A DNA stretch of 64,000 nucleotides from Candidatus Algichlamydia australiensis (GTDB lineage: Bacteria > Chlamydiota > Chlamydiia > Chlamydiales > JAJFMI01), in the NCBI GenBank assembly GCA_033977065.1, contig JAXCHI010000002.1, forward strand, positions 256,001-320,000, in the 5' to 3' direction. Positions 32,359-41,626 of the stretch are shown piece after piece; position 1 is the first letter of the stretch, and each line of letters opens with the position of its first letter. The notes under the pieces are model-generated. The model worked only from the letters and a program-made list of their open reading frames with translations, searched no databases and was not told where the DNA came from. The position numbers and the translations under genes are program-made.

Positions 32359-33363
32359 ATGGATAAGAGCAAAAAGATCGTTTTAACAGGAGACAGACCG
32401 ACCGGTCCTCTTCACTTGGGCCATTATATTGGTTCTTTGAAAAGTCGTTTGGAGCTGCAGGGAACTTGCGAACAACTTATTATGATTGCAGATGCGCAAG
32501 CCCTAACAGATAATGCTGCCCACCCAGAAAAAGTACGAGAAAATCTTTTAGAAGTTGCTTGTGACTACCTGGCCGTAGGCTTAGACCCAAAGAAAAATAT
32601 TTTCTTTATACAATCCCTTGTTCCAGAGCTATTCGAGCTTACGCTTTATTATTTGAATCTTGTTACATGGAATCGCCTCAAACACAACCCCACAGTGAAA
32701 CAGGAGATCACGCAAAAAAACTTTGGGGAGAGCGTGCCAGCGGGATTCATGACTTATCCCATCTCGCAAGCAGCTGATATTTCCGCCTTCAAAGCAAATT
32801 GCGTACCTGTGGGCGAAGATCAAATGCCTATGATCGAGCAAACCAATGAGATCGTGCGCAAATTCAACACAACCTACAACTGCAACGTACTTGTGAAGGC
32901 GGAAGGAATGGTAACCAAATTCTCCCGGCTTCCAGGAGTTGATGGTGATGCGAAAATGAGCAAAAGCCTCGGCAACTGCATCTATCTTGGTGAAGAGAGT
33001 GGAAGTTTAAAGAAAAAAATACGTAAAATCCCAGGCGATCCCAATCACACAGAGATTGATGCACCTGGAGACCCTGACAAAGCCCTTTCTTTCACTTATC
33101 TCCGAGCTTTTTGCCAAGATAAAGAGAGACTTCAAGAGTTAGAAGAGCACTATCGAAAAGGGGGGCTTGGCGATGGTACAGTTAAGAAATACCTTCTCGA
33201 AGTAATGGAGGAGTTTCTTATACCAATCCGTAAACGCCGCGCAGAGTATGCCTCAGACCCAGCCGAGGTGATGCGTATTTTAAAAGAAGGCTCAATGAAA
33301 GCGCGTGAAAAAGCAGCTGCAACACTTAGCGAAGTGCGCGCCGCCATGCACCTTGATTACTAA
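32359..33363 (+). CDS. trpS: Tryptophan--tRNA ligase
   Basis: TGDRPTGPLHLGH, VPVGEDQ, KMSKS. Confidence 0.98.
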   Translation: MDKSKKIVLTGDRPTGPLHLGHYIGSLKSRLELQGTCEQLIMIADAQALTDNAAHPEKVRENLLEVACDYLAVGLDPKKNIFFIQSLVPELFELTLYYLNLVTWNRLKHNPTVKQEITQKNFGESVPAGFMTYPISQAADISAFKANCVPVGEDQMPMIEQTNEIVRKFNTTYNCNVLVKAEGMVTKFSRLPGVDGDAKMSKSLGNCIYLGEESGSLKKKIRKIPGDPNHTEIDAPGDPDKALSFTYLRAFCQDKERLQELEEHYRKGGLGDGTVKKYLLEVMEEFLIPIRKRRAEYASDPAEVMRILKEGSMKAREKAAATLSEVRAAMHLDY

Positions 33364-33364
33364 A

Positions 33365-33525
33365 GGAGATACTGAATAAGTCAGACTTTCAGAAAAAGCT
33401 ACAAAAATCGGACCAAACCAATTTTTCGAACTCGGAAACTCTTATGGAGTTAGCTCCGTTCTCCAAAATCAATTTTGTCTCAATTTTTGCAACCTTTTCA
33501 AAAAGAGTACTTATTCAGTATCCCC
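33365..33525. mobile_element. 161-bp palindromic MITE, family B
   Basis: TIR GG(A/G)GATACTGAATAAGT, whole element self-complementary, TAAA on both flanks. Confidence 0.8.
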
Positions 33526-33657
33526 TAAAGTAGACACTGAGCAACAACTCATGCACCGCTATCTAGAAAAGAGTTTTGGGCTCGACTTATCAATACAGCA
33601 GCTATTTCGTCTCTCCAGAAGAGGAAGGGGGAGCGACTTGAGTTCCAAAGAATCTTG

Positions 33658-33696
33658 TTGATGGGTGGTTTAATAGATGCTATAATAGCTATTATA
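33658..33696 (+). promoter_or_regulatory. hipBA-type promoter with palindromic operator
   Basis: TTGATG-17-TATAAT with extended -10 TG; perfect palindrome TATAATAGCTATTATA 33681-33696. Confidence 0.7.
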
Positions 33697-33725
33697 AAAG
33701 AAAACCGAACTTAAGGGTTGTTATA

Positions 33726-34028
33726 ATGTCTATTCAGTTGATTTCACCGAGTGAAATGGGCTTATTGATTGCTAAACGATTGAAAAACAGGCGTTTACAT
33801 ATAAATATGAGCCAGAAAACCCTTTCAGAACGATCGGGTGTTAGCCTGAGTACTTTAAAAAAGTTTGAATATACAGGAAAAATTTCCTTGGAATCTCTCC
33901 TTAAATTGGCCATTATTTTAGAAATATTTGAAGATTTTCAAAATTTATTTGTCTCAAAACTTGAAGAGGTGCCTGCAACTTTGGATGAAATTCTTATAGA
34001 TAAATCTCGGAAAAGAGGTAGGCAGTGA
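33726..34028 (+). CDS. XRE-family HTH antitoxin (HipB-like)
   Basis: RRLHINMSQKTLSERSGVSLSTLKKFE HTH; 4-bp overlap with HipA gene. Confidence 0.88.
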   Translation: MSIQLISPSEMGLLIAKRLKNRRLHINMSQKTLSERSGVSLSTLKKFEYTGKISLESLLKLAIILEIFEDFQNLFVSKLEEVPATLDEILIDKSRKRGRQ

Positions 34029-35236
34029 AGTTTAAAAACTTAAGTTTTAAAAGTGTTCCTCTAGTCCGTGTCTTTTATGCTGGTGGTAAGAGTAAAATTC
34101 TCATGGGAAGACTTGCCTGGAAAAAAAATAAGGTTTTTTTCGAATACAACCCTGAATTTATTAAATGCGGTTTAGAATTATCTCCTTTTAAATTGAAATT
34201 GCAGTCTGGAGTAATTCCTTCAAGTGATTTTCTTTATGAAGGTTTATTTGGCATTTTTAATGATAGTTTACCCGACGGGTGGGGACGACTATTGCTCGAT
34301 CGGAAACTGATAGGGTTAGGGTACAATCCTAATGAGCTCACGCCCCTTGATCGTCTAAGTTTTGTGGGCAGGCATGGAATGGGAGCTCTGCAATTTGAAC
34401 CAGAACACCCTGATGGAAGGGAAAAGGTCCCATCTAATTTGGATAAAATTGCAGATGAGGTGAAACTCTTTCAAGAGCAGAACGATGATCGGTATGTTGA
34501 TGACTTGTTGCGTCTTGGCGGCTCATCTATGGGGGCAAGGCCTAAAATTTTAATGCATAAAGGAGGGGACGATTGGATTGTCAAATTTCGGTCGATTGTT
34601 GACCCGATTGATATTAGTAGTATTGAATATGCTTATCATCTAATGGCAGTTAAGGCAAAAGTTCCTGTACCAATTGCAAAATTATTTCCTTCCCGAAAAA
34701 CTGTTGGCTATTTTGGCGTGAAACGTTTTGATCGAGAGCGAGGGAAACCCATTCATATGCACTCAATTGGAGGATTGCTTCATGCTGATCATCGCGTGCC
34801 CTCACTTGATTATGAAATGTTAATGAAAGCAACACATTTTTTAACTCGCGATGTACGGGAGTGTAAAAAACAATTTCGAGGGGCTGTCTTCAACGTGTTA
34901 AGTCACAATCGTGATGATCACTCAAAAAACTTTTCTTTCTTAATGGATAGTCAAGGTAAATGGTCTGTTTCTCCTTTTTATGATTTAACGTTTTCATCAG
35001 GTCCAGGAGGGGAGCATAGTACTATGGTTATGGGGGAGGGAAAAAATCCTACTAGGCAACATCTCCTTTCTCTTGCCAAAGTGGGAGATATCAATTGCAA
35101 TGAAGCAAATGAGATTATTGAAGAAGTGATCGCTGCTGTTTTGCAGTGGACTACTTTTGCTGATCAGGCAAAAGTGAGTCGCTCTTCTGCGAAAATGATC
35201 AAATCTGCCATTCAATCAGTTTTACAGGCATTTTGA
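34025..35236 (+). CDS. hipA: HipA-family kinase toxin
   Basis: DSLPDGWG, GARPK, KRFDR, NRDDHSKNFS, PFYDL. Confidence 0.93.
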   Translation: MKFKNLSFKSVPLVRVFYAGGKSKILMGRLAWKKNKVFFEYNPEFIKCGLELSPFKLKLQSGVIPSSDFLYEGLFGIFNDSLPDGWGRLLLDRKLIGLGYNPNELTPLDRLSFVGRHGMGALQFEPEHPDGREKVPSNLDKIADEVKLFQEQNDDRYVDDLLRLGGSSMGARPKILMHKGGDDWIVKFRSIVDPIDISSIEYAYHLMAVKAKVPVPIAKLFPSRKTVGYFGVKRFDRERGKPIHMHSIGGLLHADHRVPSLDYEMLMKATHFLTRDVRECKKQFRGAVFNVLSHNRDDHSKNFSFLMDSQGKWSVSPFYDLTFSSGPGGEHSTMVMGEGKNPTRQHLLSLAKVGDINCNEANEIIEEVIAAVLQWTTFADQAKVSRSSAKMIKSAIQSVLQAF

Positions 35237-35237
35237 G

Positions 35238-35615
35238 CTAAGTTTCATCTCGATATTCATCGATTTCGATCTCGACATTGAGGTCCTCTTCAAGCTCTTC
35301 TTCGGTTTCGCTGCGCGATTCAAAGAATTCTTGAATGAGGATATAGATTGCGCCAACGGTGAAGAGAATCGGGAGCAGCAGGTTCCAGGCGATTTTGAAA
35401 TTTGTTGTTACAAAGACACCTAAAAAAACAGCTAGTGTGACCACCATGTCGTGGAAACGGCCGTTCAAAAATTGGCGGATGGCAAGGGGAATTCCAACGA
35501 CAAGTAGGATGTTGGGCCACCAGATGCCTGTAAAGAAGAGGTAAGCGAGACCAAGGAGAAAGAGGGCTGTTGAGATGCTTTGGGCTCGGCGCTTAGAAGT
35601 TTTGGGTTTGCTCAT
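35238..35615 (-). CDS. Small membrane protein
   Basis: Three to four TM helices, acidic tail. Confidence 0.75.
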   Translation of the reverse strand: MSKPKTSKRRAQSISTALFLLGLAYLFFTGIWWPNILLVVGIPLAIRQFLNGRFHDMVVTLAVFLGVFVTTNFKIAWNLLLPILFTVGAIYILIQEFFESRSETEEELEEDLNVEIEIDEYRDET

Positions 35616-37222
35616 TGAATAAACTCCTCTAAAGTGGTTTCAGGCGGTGCTTCACTAATATCTCCTTCTACAAAAAGTCTAAACCAGACTTCTAAAATCA
35701 GGAGGGACCAGAGTGTGCGCAAATGGCCAACTTTATGCAACTCGTGGTGCAACGCCTTTGGGTCTATGAGCCCATTATCTACAAGTACGCCTTTTTTCAG
35801 CAGAGAAAAGAGCGGTTTGGCTGTTTTTTGATCGTAGAGGGTCGTTTTTGCAAAGAGGGGCTGTTTGTAAACAGGAACGAGGGGGCGTTTGATGTAGTTT
35901 GCAAGGGTTGTATCTGGAGCTTTTGCAAACTCTGCAAGGCAGTCGCGGTCTAAAAAGGGGGTAATGAGGTTGATGCCTGTCGCTTTTGATGTGCGATCAA
36001 AAAGAGTGGAGTAGTGCCCTACAAAACTCATTTTTTGGTGAAGATAGAGGAGGGATGAGAGGCTAGGTCCCATTTTTTCGAAGGGAGGAAAGCAGTGATA
36101 GAGGACTTCTGGGTCTGATGGGGAGAGAAGTCTCCCTGTAAGATAGGAAATTTGGTTGGGATTCAAAACGAATTGGTGAGAAAGGTATTTTGAATGCCAA
36201 GGGTGTGTGGCAAGGTTTCGCAAAGCTGTTGTGTAGGCGTCTGTGCGAAGGTAGCAGAGGGGGGGAGTAATAAGCAGTTGGTGCGCGCATTTGCGATAGA
36301 GCTTTCGAATTCCTTGAAAAGAGACTTGTGGTATCCGTACGTGCCGCTCTAGCCAGAGGGGGGAACCAGCAGCAAGTAGAAGGTCCTCTTTCCCTTGGGA
36401 TTTTGCTTCCTCTAAAGCGCGAAAAAAGCTAATAAATTTGGGGGAGGCAAGCGGCTCATCAAGATGCCAAAGAAGTTTGGGAAGGCGCTTGCACCCTTCT
36501 GCAAAGTCGATGGGAGGAATCTCTACTTCGTCAATGCCTTCAAAATAGTTCTCTTTTTCCTGTCGTTCAAAGCTAAGCGTGAAACTTTTTTCTGGTGTAT
36601 AGGAAGTGTTTTGTAGTGATTGGCGAATTTTTTCATCATATGCTTCTCTACTAAAGTGGGGATCTTTACTTTGCAGATCATGGCTATATGTTGTGTAGGC
36701 GCGTGTTGAGATCTCTCTATCACAATTTAAGTGCAGCACGTGTCCTGAGCGAATTTTGTGAATATCTTTTAAAAGTGTTTTATCAAGTGGAATATAGCCA
36801 AAAGAGAGAAAGTAAGAGAGCCCTTCTAAATCTGGAATGCGACCAAAAATATTGGCAGCAAGTAAACTTTTTATTTCGCTTGCAAAAACAAAAAGTCCAC
36901 TCCTTTGTGCCCAGTAAAGAGGGCAGCGACCAAGCAGATCGCGCGCAAGTCGCAGCTCTTTGCACTCGGTATCATAGTGGGCAAATGCAAAAGGTCCGTT
37001 AGCTTTTTCAGGGGAGTCACCCGCAGAAAAATTTCCATCAATCAACCACTTTTGTGGGGCATTCTGATCGATTTGCATCCCGTATGCACCTAGATAAACC
37101 CCTTTGGATTGCCACGTTGAAACAGGGCCACGACCTCTGTTTGCTAGCGGCTTGAGCATTCTCTCAAAAGCAAGGGAGTAATCATCTCCCTTGTCTTCTA
37201 TAATTCCGCAGATACCGGCCAT
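35612..37222 (-). CDS. Asparagine synthetase B-like protein, degenerate
   Basis: xGICGI, RG, NGPFAFA, ARDLLG, FASEIKSL, HLDEP, PFLD, WSLLILEVW. Confidence 0.8.
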   Translation of the reverse strand: MAGICGIIEDKGDDYSLAFERMLKPLANRGRGPVSTWQSKGVYLGAYGMQIDQNAPQKWLIDGNFSAGDSPEKANGPFAFAHYDTECKELRLARDLLGRCPLYWAQRSGLFVFASEIKSLLAANIFGRIPDLEGLSYFLSFGYIPLDKTLLKDIHKIRSGHVLHLNCDREISTRAYTTYSHDLQSKDPHFSREAYDEKIRQSLQNTSYTPEKSFTLSFERQEKENYFEGIDEVEIPPIDFAEGCKRLPKLLWHLDEPLASPKFISFFRALEEAKSQGKEDLLLAAGSPLWLERHVRIPQVSFQGIRKLYRKCAHQLLITPPLCYLRTDAYTTALRNLATHPWHSKYLSHQFVLNPNQISYLTGRLLSPSDPEVLYHCFPPFEKMGPSLSSLLYLHQKMSFVGHYSTLFDRTSKATGINLITPFLDRDCLAEFAKAPDTTLANYIKRPLVPVYKQPLFAKTTLYDQKTAKPLFSLLKKGVLVDNGLIDPKALHHELHKVGHLRTLWSLLILEVWFRLFVEGDISEAPPETTLEEFIQ

Positions 37223-38403
37223 TAATCGACTACTGCTCTAAGCGGTGTGGAGCGATTTAAATCGTCATAGCTGCGCACCATTTCTAGCTGGGTTCCAGGG
37301 AAAAACTGCGAAAGAATTTTCGGAGCTAGGAGATCACGCTTTGCATACTCTTCAGCAGAAAAGAGGCAGAGCCCCACTCCCATCCCTCGGCCAAAGCCTT
37401 CGAAAAGAACTTGGTTTTTATCGACCCGCACAGAGAAATCGTTACTGATCAAACGCTCTTTTCCAACGATCTCTTGCAGTTCAAAAAAGTTTAGATCTTT
37501 GTTATGTGCTCCATCTTTGATGCGCATAGCATAGACTTTCGAAGAGGGGCCGTCTTGGAAGAGCTCAAGTTCTGTGATGCGATTTGTCTTTACGATATTT
37601 GCAAGTTCACTTTTTGCAAGAGCAAAGCACCAAGTATGGTTGTTTCTCTCTTTTTCTGCGATGGGAACTTTGACACCGGAAGGAGTCTTCTCTTTTTTTC
37701 TGTAGACAGTTGAATAATTTGCTGTGCGTCCAGCGCAGTTTTCATTCCAGCTGGCCGAGAAGGGGCGGTTGTCATAAAGCATTACAAGATGGCGTGTGCT
37801 AGAGACTGCACGCTCAACATCTTTGTTTAGCATTGTGACGCCCTGTCCGCGATAATTTACTTGATTTGCATCGACATTCCAGAAGGACTTTTTCCCTTCC
37901 ATTCCTATATGATAAGCATTTGTCCGGGCGATAATCGCAAGTGCATCAATGACTTCATGATGAAGGTTTTCGGGCAGAGTAGAGACAAGGGTTGATTTGA
38001 GATAACTCTCAATGTCCACTTCATTGACAAGGTAGAGGCGATTTTCAATCAAATAAGCATTTAAGCAGCCTCGGTACTCGATTCCATTGACCACAAGAGT
38101 GGCGTCATGCCGCGTTGGCACGATCCGTATTTGGTGAATTCTGTCGTAGTTTTCTCCCCACTTGATGCCATTGTCAATGGATTGCAGGTAAAAACGTTTT
38201 CCAAAAAAGCGGGTTTTGAGCTGTCTTCCATCCATTGGATTGAAAATTTTATGAGGTCCTTTGACCTCGACAACAGCGCCTTCAATCCCTTTTTCAAGCA
38301 ATACTTTTATCGTTGCTGGTTTGTCCACCTCAAGTTCAGAAAGGGGCGCACCAAAGCTGAAGAGAATTAGGGGTGAAAATAGAAAAATAACTTTTTTTAA
38401 CAT
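37222..38403 (-). CDS. SpoIID/LytB-domain protein (CT041-like)
   Basis: LVNEVDIESYLK, ALAIIARTNA, GxGxGVGLC, ILSQFFPG. Confidence 0.85.
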   Translation of the reverse strand: MLKKVIFLFSPLILFSFGAPLSELEVDKPATIKVLLEKGIEGAVVEVKGPHKIFNPMDGRQLKTRFFGKRFYLQSIDNGIKWGENYDRIHQIRIVPTRHDATLVVNGIEYRGCLNAYLIENRLYLVNEVDIESYLKSTLVSTLPENLHHEVIDALAIIARTNAYHIGMEGKKSFWNVDANQVNYRGQGVTMLNKDVERAVSSTRHLVMLYDNRPFSASWNENCAGRTANYSTVYRKKEKTPSGVKVPIAEKERNNHTWCFALAKSELANIVKTNRITELELFQDGPSSKVYAMRIKDGAHNKDLNFFELQEIVGKERLISNDFSVRVDKNQVLFEGFGRGMGVGLCLFSAEEYAKRDLLAPKILSQFFPGTQLEMVRSYDDLNRSTPLRAVVD

Positions 38404-39380
38404 GTTCCCTCAATGTGTTTCTTTGCTAAGCTTGTCGTCTCTCTTCCACGCGGAGTTCTTTTAAGCAACCCTTGCATGATGAGAAACGGCTCATACACTT
38501 CCTCAATTGTGGAGGGTTCTTCACCAAGTGCGGCAGCCAAAGTTTTGACGCCCACGGGGCCTCCATTGTGATGGTCCAAAATCAATTGAAGAATTTTTTT
38601 ATCCATCTCGCCTAACCCTAGCGGATCTACCTTAATCATCTCAAGTGCTGTTTTCGCTAGGTGAATATCTATTTTTGCATCATTATGAATTTGTGCGTAG
38701 TCGCGCACCCAGCGCAACAGGTTGTTCGCAATGCGCGGTGTGCCACGTGACCGAAGGCTTATCTCTTTTGCGCTCAAAGGATCGAGTGAGCAGTTAAGAA
38801 CTTTTGCAGAGCGCAAAATAATCTGTGTCAAGGTCGCTTCTTCGTAGAAATCAAGGCGAATAGCGTGTTCAAACCGCGAGCGCATAGGAGAGCTTAATAG
38901 TCCCAACCGAGTCGTCGCTCCAATCAGCGTAAAGGGGGCCAATGTCAGTTGAACAGAGCGCGCATTAGGACCACTATCGAGCATCAAATCTAATTTATAA
39001 TCTTCAATAGCGGGATACAAGTACTCTTCAATGGCAGTAGACAGGCGGTGGATCTCATCAATAAAGAGGACATCTCCCTCTTCAAGAGAAGTCAAAATTC
39101 CCGCTAAGTCGCCAGCTTTATCAATAGCTGGACCTGAAGTAGAGACAAAATTCGTGCCCATCTCATTAGCACAAATTTTGGCGAGCGTTGTTTTTCCTAA
39201 ACCGGGAGGGCCATAAAATAGGGTGTGTGCCAATGATTCCTCTCGCTGTTTTGCTGCACCGATCAACACTTGTAAACGTTTATGAATATGGCTCTGACCT
39301 AAAAAATCGTGTAAAACTGCAGGGCGAATTTGATTTTCAAAATTAGGGTCAGGTTTAACTACAGGCTTAGGAAGGTTCAT
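38397..39380 (-). CDS. ruvB: Holliday junction helicase RuvB
   Basis: GPPGLGKTT, FIDEIHRL, RGTPRIANNLL. Confidence 0.98.
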   Translation of the reverse strand: MNLPKPVVKPDPNFENQIRPAVLHDFLGQSHIHKRLQVLIGAAKQREESLAHTLFYGPPGLGKTTLAKICANEMGTNFVSTSGPAIDKAGDLAGILTSLEEGDVLFIDEIHRLSTAIEEYLYPAIEDYKLDLMLDSGPNARSVQLTLAPFTLIGATTRLGLLSSPMRSRFEHAIRLDFYEEATLTQIILRSAKVLNCSLDPLSAKEISLRSRGTPRIANNLLRWVRDYAQIHNDAKIDIHLAKTALEMIKVDPLGLGEMDKKILQLILDHHNGGPVGVKTLAAALGEEPSTIEEVYEPFLIMQGLLKRTPRGRETTSLAKKHIEGTC

Positions 39381-39444
39381 AACTCTAATGCTAGCGTAAA
39401 AACTGCTTAAGTACTACCCTTAAGAAAAATTCGTGAGGTTGACA

Positions 39445-40011
39445 ATGGGTGTAGCACCAGATAGTTGGATTCGAAAAATGGCAAAAGAGAAAAAAATGAT
39501 TGAGCCATTTGTTGATAAACTTGTGCGTGACCACGATGGTGAAAAAATTATTAGCTACGGGCTTTCAAGTTACGGTTATGATTTGCGAGTGGCGAATAAA
39601 TTTATGGTCTTTACCAACGTTCATAACTCTATTGTAGATCCAAAAGAGTTCCGAGATGACTCTTTTGTGCATATGGAGACCGATGTATGCGTTGTTCCCC
39701 CCAATTCATTTGCACTAGCACACTCAGTAGAGTATTTTCGTATTCCTCGCAATGTTTTGACAATGTGCATTGGGAAATCAACCTATGCTCGTTGTGGAAT
39801 TATTGTAAACGTGACTCCATTTGAGCCTGAGTGGGAGGGGTATGTTACCCTTGAAATTTCAAATACAACCCCACTTCCTGCGAAAATCTACGCGGGTGAG
39901 GGGTTAGCTCAAATTGTTTTTCTCGAGGCGGCAACGGAGTGTGAAACTTCTTACCGTGATCGCGGTGGAAAATACATGGGGCAGGTTGGGATAACCGTTC
40001 CTAAGATGTAG
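39445..40011 (+). CDS. dcd: dCTP deaminase
   Basis: [28 protein letters not shown]. Confidence 0.97.
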   Translation: MGVAPDSWIRKMAKEKKMIEPFVDKLVRDHDGEKIISYGLSSYGYDLRVANKFMVFTNVHNSIVDPKEFRDDSFVHMETDVCVVPPNSFALAHSVEYFRIPRNVLTMCIGKSTYARCGIIVNVTPFEPEWEGYVTLEISNTTPLPAKIYAGEGLAQIVFLEAATECETSYRDRGGKYMGQVGITVPKM

Positions 40012-40038
40012 TTTTTAAGAGCGTCTCTTATTATTGTA

Positions 40039-40195
40039 ACTCAAGTTGCTACCCCCTTCTCTCTCTGGAGAGACCCTTTTTGCGATCTGTGTAGTTTAAA
40101 ATTTCAGAAATGTTTAATAAACATTCTTTCAATTTGAAACTACACATATCACCAAATCCCTTCCTCCATAGAAGAAACTGGATGACAACTCGAGT
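40039..40195. mobile_element. 157-bp palindromic MITE, family C (IS982-like ends)
   Basis: ACTCAAGTTG...CAACTCGAGT ends, 7-bp direct repeat TATTGTA (40032-40038, 40196-40202); homologous to 50435-50594. Confidence 0.82.
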
Positions 40196-40286
40196 TATTG
40201 TATTAACTTGAAATACTATTCCATTGTTGATATTTGAACAATTATAATTAACTTATAATAATTGTTTGAATTTCGGGAGTAGTTGA

Positions 40287-41492
40287 TTGAGGATTCTTTT
40301 TACAAATACAGGGCCTTGGGGCACAGGTAGTTTTACTTTAGCAAAGGCCTTGGCTGAATCTTTTGAGCATTTAGGTCATGAAATCAAAATATTCTTTCCC
40401 GATCGTAAAGCGATGTCTGATGATCAGAAAGAGTTTTATGAAAACAAAAAGCGCTACCACATCTGGCCCTTTCCTCTAGAGGATGGCAAAACAAAAATCG
40501 ACTACTTTCCCCTCATGATTCCCGATCCTCATCCTCGGAATCCTAAGCGTAATACTTTTTCACAACTCTCTGATCAGCAGCTGCAACTCTATTTGCACTC
40601 ATTTGAAAAACAGATCTCTAAAGTCATTGAAGAGTATCAACCCGATGTCATTGAGTGTCAACACATTTGGGCGATGGATCATATTATTCAAAAGTTGGGT
40701 CACCGCTATTTTTGTACGGCCCACCACAGTGATCAGATGGGTTTTCGATTCGATCCTCGCATGCGAAAAGCGGCAATTTCTTCAGCAAAAAAAGCGGAAA
40801 AAATTTTTGCAATCTCTGATTACGTAAAGCAAGATGTGTGCAACTTGTACGATTTAGAGGAGAAAAAGGTTGTTGTTATCGAAAATGGATATGATCAAAA
40901 AATGTTCCAACCCACACGCTCATGTCGAGAAAAGGTATTGAGTGAGCTTGGACTGCAAATCCCAGACCGCGCTTTTCTTGTGAGTTTTGCGGGTAAAATT
41001 TCAAAAACAAAAGGAATAGATGTCCTACTGAAAGCAAATCGTCTTCTTTCAAAAAAGGCCAACATTCATTTTCTTATCTGCGGTTCAGGAGATATTGAGG
41101 AAGTTTTGGGTGAGGAGTGCCGCTCTCAATTCTCTTTTGATCATATGCATTTTATTGGTCATCAAACTCCACAGAAACTTTCACAAATTCACAATATTTC
41201 AGATTGTAGTGTATTGCCTTCGCGAACAGAGGGTTTTGGCATCGCTTGCTTGGAGGCAATGGGGTGCGGGCTTCCGATGGTCTTTACTGAATCGGGAGGT
41301 ATGAGTGACTATGCTGTTGGGATTAAAGTTGAAAAAGAGAATCCTATTCAACTGGCAGAGGGGCTTTTAGAGTTGAAAACAATTGCAGACGAAAAAAAAT
41401 CAACTCTGTCTCAAGAGGCTTACCAGGTTGCAAAGAAATTTTCATGGGACACAATCGCAAACAAGCGTTTATTTCACTATCAAAATCTTTGA
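40287..41492 (+). CDS. GT4 (GT-B fold) glycosyltransferase
   Basis: PDVI, VIENG, GKISKTKG, EGFGIACLEAMGCG. Confidence 0.92.
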   Translation: MRILFTNTGPWGTGSFTLAKALAESFEHLGHEIKIFFPDRKAMSDDQKEFYENKKRYHIWPFPLEDGKTKIDYFPLMIPDPHPRNPKRNTFSQLSDQQLQLYLHSFEKQISKVIEEYQPDVIECQHIWAMDHIIQKLGHRYFCTAHHSDQMGFRFDPRMRKAAISSAKKAEKIFAISDYVKQDVCNLYDLEEKKVVVIENGYDQKMFQPTRSCREKVLSELGLQIPDRAFLVSFAGKISKTKGIDVLLKANRLLSKKANIHFLICGSGDIEEVLGEECRSQFSFDHMHFIGHQTPQKLSQIHNISDCSVLPSRTEGFGIACLEAMGCGLPMVFTESGGMSDYAVGIKVEKENPIQLAEGLLELKTIADEKKSTLSQEAYQVAKKFSWDTIANKRLFHYQNL

Positions 41493-41626
41493 CTACAATG
41501 ATATAATGTTAATTTTAAAATATACAAACAATAAATCAACATAGGTAGCTATATGTTGAATTTATCTCGCTGAGTCAATATGGTGATGATACAGCAACTT
41601 TTTTAATCAAATTTTTTAGAGTAACC

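Noticed and set aside
33552..33662. 36-codon ORF upstream of the antitoxin as a third TA component
   Set aside because: No RBS or motif, and it lies upstream of the predicted promoter.
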